A stretch of 64,000 nucleotides of DNA from Thermoproteota archaeon (GTDB taxonomy: Archaea; Thermoproteota; Nitrososphaeria_A; Caldarchaeales; Calditenuaceae), in assembly GCA_030550235.1 (NCBI GenBank), contig JAUQPU010000002.1:231164-295163 (forward strand), in the 5' to 3' direction. Position 1 is the first letter of the stretch. The number at the start of each line of letters is the position of its first letter. The notes under the pieces were generated by a model. It had not been told where the DNA came from. It searched no databases and saw only the letters and a program-made list of their open reading frames with translations. Of the stretch, positions 9,448 through 18,119 are shown in pieces. The translations under genes were made by a program, and so were the position numbers.

Positions 9448-10107
9448 CTATTTGGCAGAGAGCTGGGCTGAGACCTCAATTCTATTCGAGTTTCTATGGA
9501 TGGTTATTTCGAGCATCCCCAATAGCCTACCCTCAACTGTGCTCGGTCCCCCGACGCTTATATTAGCTTCATCAGCAGTGACGGAGACAAATGTAACTTC
9601 TTCGCGTAGCCCCCTGTTTTTCAGCTCCTCCTTGATCCTGTTCGAAACCATAGAGTGGTCCTCTATTGGTGATGAGGATGTATATTCCGCTGTTATGATT
9701 AAAACGTCTTCAAATATTGTCTCCGTGTATTGGGTGAGCGTTATTTTACTCCCAGTAGCAGATGAAAGGACTGAAGCCATGAAGCTGTTAAATTTTTTAC
9801 CAAACTCTGATGGTGGAGTTACTTCAGTAGTTCCACCAGTCTCTGTCCTACCTGTCATCATAGTGAATTCATGGGTTGTACTGAACGTCGTCAAGCCTGT
9901 CCTCGGAATGTAGGTGGAAAACAAGCCAATAATCAGGGCAGCCACAACCAGCAAGCCTATAACCAATAAGACCAAGGCCATCTTCATAATACACTGTTTG
10001 TCGAGATTTGGCAACCATATAAACATTTTTACCAAAGAAACCTCATGCGGCGCTTGAGGCAATATCGCCTCTATTTTTCTTATTTTCAAGAGAAAGACTA
10101 TGCACAA
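9448..10107 (-). CDS. membrane-anchored or secreted protein with Thr-rich linker, unknown function; the probable start is the internal MKMALVLL
   Basis: N-terminal hydrophobic anchor (ALVLLVIGLLVVAALIIGLF), then a T-rich segment (TTFSTTHEFTMMTGRTETGGTTEVTPP), then a globular domain. Confidence 0.45.
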   Translation of the reverse strand: MCIVFLLKIRKIEAILPQAPHEVSLVKMFIWLPNLDKQCIMKMALVLLVIGLLVVAALIIGLFSTYIPRTGLTTFSTTHEFTMMTGRTETGGTTEVTPPSEFGKKFNSFMASVLSSATGSKITLTQYTETIFEDVLIITAEYTSSSPIEDHSMVSNRIKEELKNRGLREEVTFVSVTADEANISVGGPSTVEGRLLGMLEITIHRNSNRIEVSAQLSAK

Positions 10108-10144
10108 TTTTTAAATATTTCTCTAGTCGAAGTATCTGAACAAA

Positions 10145-11287
10145 ATGATGTCCGATAAAATTAGATTGGCCTTGGTTGTAATAGTTATTTTGGTTATAGT
10201 AGTCGGAGTTTTTTCCGACGTTGCTGATGCAGCCCATACCCCTGCTTGGAGAAGAACTCGAACTAGAACTAGGACCACAACCTCGGCTCCAACATCGACA
10301 ATCCAAACAACAACTACAACATCTTCTAACACAGGATACTCTGATACGTTTCCAGCCGTTAATCCGGCAATTCTTGGAACATGTCCGCCTGAGGTCCATG
10401 ATAGATACTATGTCATCGGCCCTGATGGTAGAAAATACAGGACATGGCATCCTGTAACCGTGCCTATAGACCCGAATAACCCTGCAAAAGGCACATGCAC
10501 GTTTGCTCATGAACACGGTGATAATCCGCAGCAGGGAAGCTTCACAGACCTTCCCGCATTTGGATACGCAGCGAAGGTCGCTGGAATGGTTGAGGAGATA
10601 GCAGCCCACGCAGGCTTCAAGGTCTTCTACAAGCCAAAGAGGGGCGATGGACTAGGCAACAACGCTGAGTGGAGAATAGTAGTCCATCAGGGCACTGCTG
10701 GTGCGCGACGGCTAGTTCAAAGCCTCCACAGCATCCAAATCAATATAGTCGATGGGGCTGGGAGAGTAACTAAGGTTAACCTAATGGCTTCAACAGGTAA
10801 CCTCAACCCGAAATGCGGACCCCGCGTGGGCGACAGAATAATCCCCGACGAAGAATGCGTCTCCCGGGGGCTGTTCTACGAGGTCTGGTATTTCTCGGTG
10901 CGTGTAGGTGCTGGCAACATCAACGGAGCCAGGTTCTTCGCAGCGCCGGGAATCGCCGTCTACAACCCCATGACATACATGAAAGTAGGCGACCTCTCCA
11001 AAGTTTATCCAATATGCAGCGTGGTTGAGGGCCTGCCTTTCGGGGACCCGAGAAGTTTTTTCCTCGGCAACCAGAGAGCAGTTGAGCATCCAGACTTCGG
11101 CTGGGGCAACACAGGCTCCTCAACCTTCTGGACAGACGCATATGGCAATGAAGTCTCCACAAGCTGCGACCCCACCCGATGCATCAGACAGGTGGTTCCA
11201 TCAGGATACTATGCCTGGTTCGACGATGACTCGGTCTTCGACTGGCCTTGGATAGACCTGCCACTGGGCGCACCAGGGGGCAACTAA
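10145..11287 (+). CDS. secreted or anchored Cys-containing protein with Thr-rich linker, unknown function
   Basis: Signal/anchor LALVVIVILVIVVGVF, a TRTRTRTTTSAPTSTIQTTTTTSS linker (likely glycosylated), and a ~300-aa domain with several Cys and an HEHGD motif. Confidence 0.55.
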   Translation: MMSDKIRLALVVIVILVIVVGVFSDVADAAHTPAWRRTRTRTRTTTSAPTSTIQTTTTTSSNTGYSDTFPAVNPAILGTCPPEVHDRYYVIGPDGRKYRTWHPVTVPIDPNNPAKGTCTFAHEHGDNPQQGSFTDLPAFGYAAKVAGMVEEIAAHAGFKVFYKPKRGDGLGNNAEWRIVVHQGTAGARRLVQSLHSIQINIVDGAGRVTKVNLMASTGNLNPKCGPRVGDRIIPDEECVSRGLFYEVWYFSVRVGAGNINGARFFAAPGIAVYNPMTYMKVGDLSKVYPICSVVEGLPFGDPRSFFLGNQRAVEHPDFGWGNTGSSTFWTDAYGNEVSTSCDPTRCIRQVVPSGYYAWFDDDSVFDWPWIDLPLGAPGGN

Positions 11288-11502
11288 AAACCATATTTTT
11301 GCAATTCAGAAAAACATTTTAAAGAGCAGGAGAACTGGCCGATAAGAATCCATTTCAAATAAAGCGCTCGAACTCTTGCATTCCGAGAGTCATATGTAGA
11401 AATAAGAAATTATGCTTAATTATCAAATCAATATCTGAATAATAATTAATACTTATTTTAGGGGCATGTTGGTAAGATTAACCTGAGGGTTGACCTTACA
11501 TA

Positions 11503-12217
11503 CTATCCTACGCCTGGTGATGCGATGATAAGAGAGGGTACATAGAACTGTAAGATTGTGGTGATAGCGTAAAAAGCCATGAGAAGTACTCCCTCGCGTC
11601 GTGTGAGGAGTTTGTCGACGAACAACGGTGTTGCCAACAGTGTGAGGACAGATGCCCAATAGGCTTGGAGGCTGAGTAAAACTCCAGATGGGATTGTCAT
11701 CTCCAAACCATTTGACATTGTTGCTGCTAAAACCATTATTCCCAGCAGCAGTGAGTTATTGAGAATCTCGCTTCCGAGGATGTTTGCTATGGCTGTATCG
11801 ACTCCCACGCCTGCAGGTTCTTCGAGGTATTTGACAAATGGCTCAGCGGCTAAAAATATGCCGGCACCGCGCAGTATGAAGAGTATGGATAAAAAAAGCA
11901 TTGATGAGGGCGGCTTGTAGCTTTCTCGTTTAGAAGATACGTCTCCGTGTTTTTCGGCTTCGGATTAGCGAAGCTGCATGATACGAAAAACCCTAAACAC
12001 CATGGAAAGCAAAGATGGTATATGCTATGAAAAACGTAGCAAATAGAACACCGTCAAGCGTTTGATATCCATCGATAAACAAGACGGTGCTGGCTATCGA
12101 GACAATGATGCTTAATCCCAGGCTCATTAATAATATGTTGCTACCCATAGCCGAGCCCAAAACCGTTCCATACAAGCCAATAGAGGCGGCGCTAGCAACC
12201 AGCACAATCTCTGGCAA
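11503..12217 (-). pseudogene. fragments of a Ca2+/cation antiporter (CaCA, Na+/Ca2+ exchanger-type) gene
   Basis: Two short ORFs, 11993..12217 and 11503..11901, each carry an alpha-repeat-like motif (GSAMGSNILLMSLG; ANILGSEILNNSLLLG). They are separated by a frame break, and neither is a full-length protein. Confidence 0.5.
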
Positions 12218-12461
12218 TATCGTGGTGATGCTAGGCAGTGTTCTGCCGACAAAACGGGCGCCAAATCTGTGAGCGACTACCTCTGCACCCCATGATGACA
12301 GTCAGCCAGGCAAGCAGCAAAATAACTGCGCTCATGGCATTCGTGATGACGTTACAGTCTTTCATGAAACAAAGCATGTCAAGTCATACAATGTGCCCTC
12401 TTTATCTCTTTGGGAAGCCAAAAAGGCTACGAAAATTTAGTTAAATGTAGTATAACTGTGT

Positions 12462-14159
12462 TTAATGGCTGCAGCCGCATGATGGACCGCAGTTCTCTTC
12501 TTTTCCGGGTCCGCCTTGGACGGTTTGTAGCGCCTTTAGCCCGCCGAAGCCGGCGGTTTTAGTTGAAGCCATAGGCACCGCACTCTGTTTTGCTGGCAGC
12601 TTACGCTTGTAGAAGTCATCAGACAGCTTTCTGCCCGTCCTTTTCTCCCACTCCTCTATAGAGATTCCATAGACCGCCTGAATCCGGTCCCTGTACCATG
12701 CCGGGACTACATTGAAGGAGCAGAACGGCACTATCCTCATATCTGGTGTAAGGTAGTGGATGTCACATCTTCTGAGGCGTTCCTCATCGTGGTTATAGGG
12801 GTCCATGAAATGCATCATGCCTAGGAATAGTGATCTGCGGTGCCAGTCGCCTACGCTTTTGTAGTCGTGTCTTACTATTATGTCGAAGATCATTCTTGCG
12901 AGGTTCATTCCTGGGGGTTGTTTTTCTTTCTTGATAAACTTGGATATATTTGCTAGAACTTTCATTCCGACCCAGACTCTGCTTCTACCCATCTCGACCT
13001 CCTCGGCCTTGTCTTGTAGATATTTTATGAGCCCCTCAACGTCTACGAACTCTGTTATTGGAAGCATCTTGTCGTCTTTCTTGAAGACGTAGGTTCCTGC
13101 GCCGCAGGCGAAGTGTATGCTCAGCTCATATTTTGGCGTCCTCGTCAGAGCCTCTATGAAGTTTGTGAGCGGTGTGCAGGCTGGTACGGGGAACCAGGCA
13201 TCCCTTGTGATCTCGCCGTTTGTCTGTTCCTCAATTCTGATTATGCAGTCTGGTATCGTGATCCTATACTTCTCTCTCTCCTTCTTGGGCATCCTTCCGG
13301 TTAGGGAGACGGGCTGGAAGTTTACGGCCCTCACGACATCTATGTTCTTGAATCCGAATCGGATTATGTCGCCGAGCTCGTGGTCGTTTACGCTCTTAAT
13401 GACCGTGGGGACTAGGACTATTCCCACACCCAGCTTCCTAGCGTTCTCAAGAACTCCGGGCACTTCCCAGTGGTTCTTTGGGTTGGTCCTAGGTGTGACG
13501 CCGTCGAAGCTCATGTAGAGGTTGCTGACGCCAGCCTCTTTTACCCGCTTGAAGTATTCGAAGTCCTTGGAAAGTCTTATCCCATTGGTGTTGAGCTGGA
13601 TGTGGTCTACGCCTACTTCTTTGAGGATTTTTATGATTTCGGGGAGGTCGTCCCTAAGAGTGGGCTCTCCTCCGGTTATCTGGATGCTGTTGCCTGGTAC
13701 TGGCCTCTCTGCCTTCAGGTTAAGGGCCATCTCCCTGATCTGGTCCAGCGTTGGCTCGTAGATGTAGCCGGCCTTCTCCGCGTAGAAGAAGCAATACCAG
13801 CAGTGCAGGTCGCATCTATTGGTTATGACTAGGTTTGCGAGGCCTGTGTGGCTGAGGTGTGAGCTGCAGAGCCCACAGTTGTAGGGGCAGACGCTGCGGG
13901 CCGACTCTACATCGGGGTTTCCCGTCCCCTTCCCATCCTTAAGCCAGCTTGCAAACCTGTAATACATCTCAGCGTCGCCGAAGTATAGCTCGTCAAACTC
14001 TCCATGCTTGGGACAGGTCTTTTTGATGTATATTTTCCCATCGATCTCTAGAACATCTGCTGGTAGGGATTGGTAGCACTCTGGGCAGATGCTCCGGGTC
14101 CTTGTAACCAGCTTCTCCTTTACCTCCGTCTTCTCTCTCTCCTGTACAAGTGTAGCCAT
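12462..14159 (-). CDS. radical SAM enzyme with N-terminal rubredoxin-like Cys4 site and additional Cys clusters; possibly a tetraether lipid synthase (Tes/GDGT-MAS)-like enzyme
   Basis: CPECY..CPKHG and then CPYNCGLC. Radical SAM CxxxCxxC as NRCDLHCWYCF. GGEP glycine-rich SAM motif (ITGGEPTL). Cys-rich C-terminus CGPSCGCSH. Length 565 aa. Confidence 0.7.
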   Translation of the reverse strand: MATLVQEREKTEVKEKLVTRTRSICPECYQSLPADVLEIDGKIYIKKTCPKHGEFDELYFGDAEMYYRFASWLKDGKGTGNPDVESARSVCPYNCGLCSSHLSHTGLANLVITNRCDLHCWYCFFYAEKAGYIYEPTLDQIREMALNLKAERPVPGNSIQITGGEPTLRDDLPEIIKILKEVGVDHIQLNTNGIRLSKDFEYFKRVKEAGVSNLYMSFDGVTPRTNPKNHWEVPGVLENARKLGVGIVLVPTVIKSVNDHELGDIIRFGFKNIDVVRAVNFQPVSLTGRMPKKEREKYRITIPDCIIRIEEQTNGEITRDAWFPVPACTPLTNFIEALTRTPKYELSIHFACGAGTYVFKKDDKMLPITEFVDVEGLIKYLQDKAEEVEMGRSRVWVGMKVLANISKFIKKEKQPPGMNLARMIFDIIVRHDYKSVGDWHRRSLFLGMMHFMDPYNHDEERLRRCDIHYLTPDMRIVPFCSFNVVPAWYRDRIQAVYGISIEEWEKRTGRKLSDDFYKRKLPAKQSAVPMASTKTAGFGGLKALQTVQGGPGKEENCGPSCGCSH

Positions 14160-14322
14160 CTATCTTCACCCGCCCCCGTCTTCCGGCCTATTTAAGACTT
14201 ATCTGACAAAATTCACTGTGATAAAGGTAGAAGCCATGCCTCTCAAACTAGTTTAGCTAAATAAATCATATATACAGCCAGTAGCGTGGGATTATCAGGA
14301 GTCTTAAAAAGAGGCTGAGGAG

Positions 14323-14694
14323 ATGCTGCTGCCATCTGAGATTGAGGCGAAGGTGATGCTTCCCGTCCTTAGGGCGGCGGTAGTGACTCTTCTCGTCAGA
14401 GAATATGGCTTTCAGCAGCGGCAGGTTGCTAAGGCCCTTGGGATAACACAGCCGGCTGTGAGCAATTATTTGAGAATGGCCCGGGGCAAGATGAGGGAGA
14501 TTTGGGGGAACACTGCTATGAAAGAGGTTGCGGAGGGCATCGTCATGGCGATTCTAAACGGTAAGGATGAGATGGAGGTTAGGGAGCTTTTCCAGAAGGG
14601 GCTTGAGAGGCTTAGAAAAGAGAGGGTGCTCTGCCAGGCACATAAAACCCTGGAGCCGATACTTGATGTTGATTCATGCCACATCTGTGATTGA
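14323..14694 (+). CDS. helix-turn-helix transcriptional regulator
   Basis: HTH QRQVAKALGITQPAVSNYL. C-terminal CQAH...CHIC possible metal site. Confidence 0.55.
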   Translation: MLLPSEIEAKVMLPVLRAAVVTLLVREYGFQQRQVAKALGITQPAVSNYLRMARGKMREIWGNTAMKEVAEGIVMAILNGKDEMEVRELFQKGLERLRKERVLCQAHKTLEPILDVDSCHICD

Positions 14695-14730
14695 AACGCT
14701 TAAAAACATGTTAGGCAGCCTCTAATAGAT

Positions 14731-15234
14731 GTGAAGGCTTTCATTCTCGGGTCTGTCGGAAAGAGGAGTGAGCTTATAGAATGTCTCCAGGCAACCCGGA
14801 GGAGCCAGTTCGTGGAGGAGGCCTACCTCATCTTCGGGACGGCAGATCTAATTGCTAAAGTAAATGTTAACAATGTGGAGCAGCTAAACTCGGTCCTCGA
14901 CACGCTCTACCAAAACGGCATCGTCGACACAAACACGTTGATAGTAAATTCGGCGGGCCTAAACTTTGAGAGGCAGCCTCAACAGGCTAAGAAGAAGTGC
15001 GCCTACACTTTCATCAAGATCAGGAGACCGGCAGCGCCGAGGCTTTGGGATAGGTTTCTGCAGAGTATCGAATATGTGACTGAGGCATATGAGATATTCG
15101 GGGTATATGATGTGATCGTGGGCGTGAGTGAGGATGCGAGGAATGACTTCTTCAACTCCTACTTCAGGAGGCTCTGGCTACTCACAGAGATTAACATGAA
15201 CTCCACGACTACGATGTTTACTGTGGATATCTAG
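14731..15234 (+). CDS. tandem Lrp/AsnC-type ligand-binding (RAM) domain protein lacking its own HTH
   Basis: Two repeats of the RAM pattern (VEEAYLIFGTADLIAKV...TNTLIV and VTEAYEIFGVYDVIVGV...TTTMFTV). Confidence 0.55.
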   Translation: MKAFILGSVGKRSELIECLQATRRSQFVEEAYLIFGTADLIAKVNVNNVEQLNSVLDTLYQNGIVDTNTLIVNSAGLNFERQPQQAKKKCAYTFIKIRRPAAPRLWDRFLQSIEYVTEAYEIFGVYDVIVGVSEDARNDFFNSYFRRLWLLTEINMNSTTTMFTVDI

Positions 15235-16475
15235 GCCTTGAAGTATTTTAGGGCCTGTCTGAGGCCCTCGGCAAGCATGTGGATCTCTTCTCTCGTGTTG
15301 TATATGTAGAAGCTGGCTCTGGTGGTGGCTGTTAGGCCGAGCTTTGCGTGTAGGGGCATGGCGCAGTGGTGTCCTGCCCTGACTGCTATGTTGAAGGTCT
15401 TATCGAGATAGTCTGCTAGGTCGTGGGGGTGGATGTCGGCGAGTATGAATGAGACGAGGCCGCAACGGTCCTTCACAGACTCGGGCCCGATAATTCTTAG
15501 GTGTGGAATCTCGGAGAGTTCCTGGAGGGCTGTCTCTGTAAGCTCCTCCTCATGTCTCCTAACCCAGTCGAGGCCTATCCTCTTCAGATACTCTACCGCC
15601 GCTCCTAGACCCACTACGTCCCCCACGCTGGGCGTCCCCGCCTCAAATTTCCATGGAACTTCATTCCACTTTGAGCTACTTAGAGTCACCTCCCTAATCA
15701 TCTCACCCCCTCCCATGAACGGGTCCATCGACTCCAGTAACTCCTCGCGGGCTATCAGACACCCGACACCCATGGGGCCGAGCATCTTGTGCCCGGAGAA
15801 GGCTAGGAAGTCGCATCCAATCTCTTTGAAGCTGACAGGCATGTGTGGGACGCTCTGGGCCGCATCCACAAGCACTGCGGCGCCATACTCTTTCGCGGTC
15901 TTCGTGAGCTTTTTGACCGGGTTTATCGTTCCCAGAACATTCGAGGCGTGGACTATTGCCAGCAGGTCAGCATCCTTCAGGAACCTATCTATCTGGCTCA
16001 GGTCTAGGTAGCCGTCGGCCGTTATTGGTATCGCCTCGAGCTTAAGGTCCTTCAGCCCAGAGATAAGTTGCCACGGGACTATGTTGCTGTGATGCTCCAT
16101 CTCGGTGAAGACGATCTTCCCTCCCCTCTTTATTTTGCCTAGGGCGTAGGAGTATGCGACGAGGTTTATCGCCTCGGTCGTGTTTCTCGTGAAGACAACC
16201 TCACGCCAGCTGTGAGCATCAATGAACCCCGCTACCAGCCTTCTGACGCTCTCGTAGCGCTCAGTGGCCTCTATCGAGAGGTCGTAAACACCCCGGTGGA
16301 CGTTTGCGTTTAACTCGGCATAGTACTTCTCCATGGCTTGCAGCACCTGTCTTGGCTTCTGAGAAGTGGCGGCGTTGTCGAGATAGACTAGTGGCTTAGA
16401 GCCTCTCCTGGCCGAGAGTATTGGGAAGTCTTCCCTAATCCTGTATGGCGACTTTGACGCGGCCTCTTGGCTCAA
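15231..16475 (-). CDS. sufS: cysteine desulfurase (class V aminotransferase, SufS-type)
   Basis: PLP-lysine motif SGHKMLGPMGVGCL and LDNAATSQKP near the N-terminus. Length 414 aa. Confidence 0.85.
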   Translation of the reverse strand: MSQEAASKSPYRIREDFPILSARRGSKPLVYLDNAATSQKPRQVLQAMEKYYAELNANVHRGVYDLSIEATERYESVRRLVAGFIDAHSWREVVFTRNTTEAINLVAYSYALGKIKRGGKIVFTEMEHHSNIVPWQLISGLKDLKLEAIPITADGYLDLSQIDRFLKDADLLAIVHASNVLGTINPVKKLTKTAKEYGAAVLVDAAQSVPHMPVSFKEIGCDFLAFSGHKMLGPMGVGCLIAREELLESMDPFMGGGEMIREVTLSSSKWNEVPWKFEAGTPSVGDVVGLGAAVEYLKRIGLDWVRRHEEELTETALQELSEIPHLRIIGPESVKDRCGLVSFILADIHPHDLADYLDKTFNIAVRAGHHCAMPLHAKLGLTATTRASFYIYNTREEIHMLAEGLRQALKYFKA

Positions 16476-16573
16476 ACTATGAAGCTAGTGGTGCGGGGCT
16501 GATATAAGTGTACACGTGCTTCTCCCATTTGGTTAATGGTTATATTTCTCGATAGCTGTGGTAACGATGCGCC

Positions 16574-16966
16574 TTGAAGTTCAGTGAGAGTGAAGTTCGC
16601 TTTCTAAAGAGAAACGAGCTCTGCCGCCTAGCTACTCTAGATAATGAGGGAGCGCCGCACCTGGTCCCCGTATGCTACATATTCAGTGACGGCTACTTCT
16701 ACATCGTCTCCGACCTCGAGACATCGAAGGTCAGGAACATCAAGGGGGACAGAAGAGTTGCCGTCCTTGTGGACCAGTACCAGCCGAATAGGGCTGTCTT
16801 GGTAAGGGGGGAGGCAGAGATCCTGACGGAGGGTGGCGAGTTTAAGTCGGTTTCCGAGCTCTTCTTTAAGAAGTTCTCATGGGCCCGGCGGGACCCCTGG
16901 GGTGAGGGTGAGGTGGCGTTGATAAGGGTGAGGCCCCTAAAGAAGACTAGCTGGGGCCTTAAGTAG
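16574..16966 (+). CDS. pyridoxamine-5'-phosphate-oxidase-like FMN/F420-binding split-barrel protein
   Basis: LCRLATLD..GAPHLVPVCY pattern typical of PNPOx-like proteins. Length 130 aa. Confidence 0.55.
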   Translation: MKFSESEVRFLKRNELCRLATLDNEGAPHLVPVCYIFSDGYFYIVSDLETSKVRNIKGDRRVAVLVDQYQPNRAVLVRGEAEILTEGGEFKSVSELFFKKFSWARRDPWGEGEVALIRVRPLKKTSWGLK

Positions 16967-16990
16967 TGGCGCGGAGGTTTCTAGAAATAC

Positions 16991-17554
16991 TTGAAGACTA
17001 CTAGGAGGGCTTCATATATAATGGCGATCTCCGCTATTACCTTCATATCCTCGCTCTACATCTGGTTTCCATTCCTTGGGACCCGGGCGGCGCCTATGCA
17101 GCATTTCGGCAATGTGTTGGCTGGCGTGTTGATTGGTCCGCTCTGGGGTATTGCGGTACCCCTCATCGTCGGCTCGCTGAGGATAGTGTTGGGGGTTGGC
17201 ACACTCTTCGCATATCCAGGAGGATTGCCGGGGGTCATCCTCGTCGGCCTATTCTACAGGCTGACCAGACGGTTTAAAAATCCGAGGGCCAGGTTCTTAT
17301 GCTCCTTCGCAGAGCCTATTGGGACGGTCCTAATAGGTGGGACAGTCTCGCTACTACTCCTCGCCCCATTCCTCCCGGGCCTTTTCCCACTTTCATCTTC
17401 AATAATCATACTATTAGCCCGCAATGAATACCTCGTAGCCCTCCTGATATTCTGGTCCGGCTGGGCTGCCAGCTCGATTCCCGGCTCCGTCGCTGGTTAC
17501 CTAGTCCTCCTGGCCCTCCACAGGGTGATGCCACAGCTATTCGAGATAGATTAG
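16991..17554 (+). CDS. small polytopic membrane protein, probable ThiW-like ECF S-component (thiamine precursor uptake)
   Basis: About 160-aa core with 5-6 TM helices and Gly-rich helices. Sits directly upstream of thiDN. Confidence 0.4.
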   Translation: MKTTRRASYIMAISAITFISSLYIWFPFLGTRAAPMQHFGNVLAGVLIGPLWGIAVPLIVGSLRIVLGVGTLFAYPGGLPGVILVGLFYRLTRRFKNPRARFLCSFAEPIGTVLIGGTVSLLLLAPFLPGLFPLSSSIIILLARNEYLVALLIFWSGWAASSIPGSVAGYLVLLALHRVMPQLFEID

Positions 17555-17558
17555 CCGC

Positions 17559-18119
17559 ATGGCAACCTCCATCAAAGCACATGTCCTGGCAGGCAGTCGT
17601 ACCCTAATAGTCGGCGAGACTGGAACTGGGAAGACTCGACTCCTGTATAGGTTCCTGTGGATGCTCTCAGATGCAGGCTACTCAGGAGAGATAACTGTCA
17701 TAGACATGGCCCCGGGAGTGGCGTGGGGTGTAGGCGCGAAGCTGATGGAGGTTGGAGAGCTACCACGCAGCATCCGATATCTCACGAGCTGGGAGATAAG
17801 GCCGCCGAGACTAATCGGGAAGGACGCGGAGGAGGTCAAGAGGCTGGCTAGGCGGAACATGGAGCTCATAAACCCAATGATAGAAGAGTACATCGAGAGG
17901 CCCACAAAAATCCTCGCGATAAACGACTCAACAATCTTCATCCACGCCGGCGAGCCGGCCCGGCTTCTCATAGCCATCCAGCTCAGCAGGGCCTGGATGG
18001 TCACGGCCTACTCGGGGGCTAGGCTGGCTGATGATAAGGGTACAGGCATATCTGCGAGGGAGAGGGAGTTTGTCGCGGAGTTGCTGCAGGTAGCTGACAT
18101 AATTATAAGAATGGCATAA
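17559..18119 (+). CDS. small P-loop NTPase, unknown function
   Basis: Walker A VGETGTGKT and a Walker B-like hydrophobic strand + D (ILAINDS). Confidence 0.55.
   Translation: MATSIKAHVLAGSRTLIVGETGTGKTRLLYRFLWMLSDAGYSGEITVIDMAPGVAWGVGAKLMEVGELPRSIRYLTSWEIRPPRLIGKDAEEVKRLARRNMELINPMIEEYIERPTKILAINDSTIFIHAGEPARLLIAIQLSRAWMVTAYSGARLADDKGTGISAREREFVAELLQVADIIIRMA

Noticed and set aside
10043-10609. 188-aa Cys/Ser-rich minus-strand ORF
   Set aside because: It is antisense to the Thr-codon-rich linker of the 10145..11287 gene, which generates Ser/Cys-rich antisense frames, and it also overlaps the 9448..10107 gene. Composition artefact.
12238-12444. Short + strand ORFs (61-68 aa) between the CaCA fragments and the radical SAM gene
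   Set aside because: No motifs and AT-rich context. Most likely non-coding spacer or remnants.
15433-16011. 192-aa + ORF inside sufS
   Set aside because: Antisense to a strongly supported PLP-enzyme gene. Ser/Pro/Arg-rich, typical of GC-rich antisense frames.
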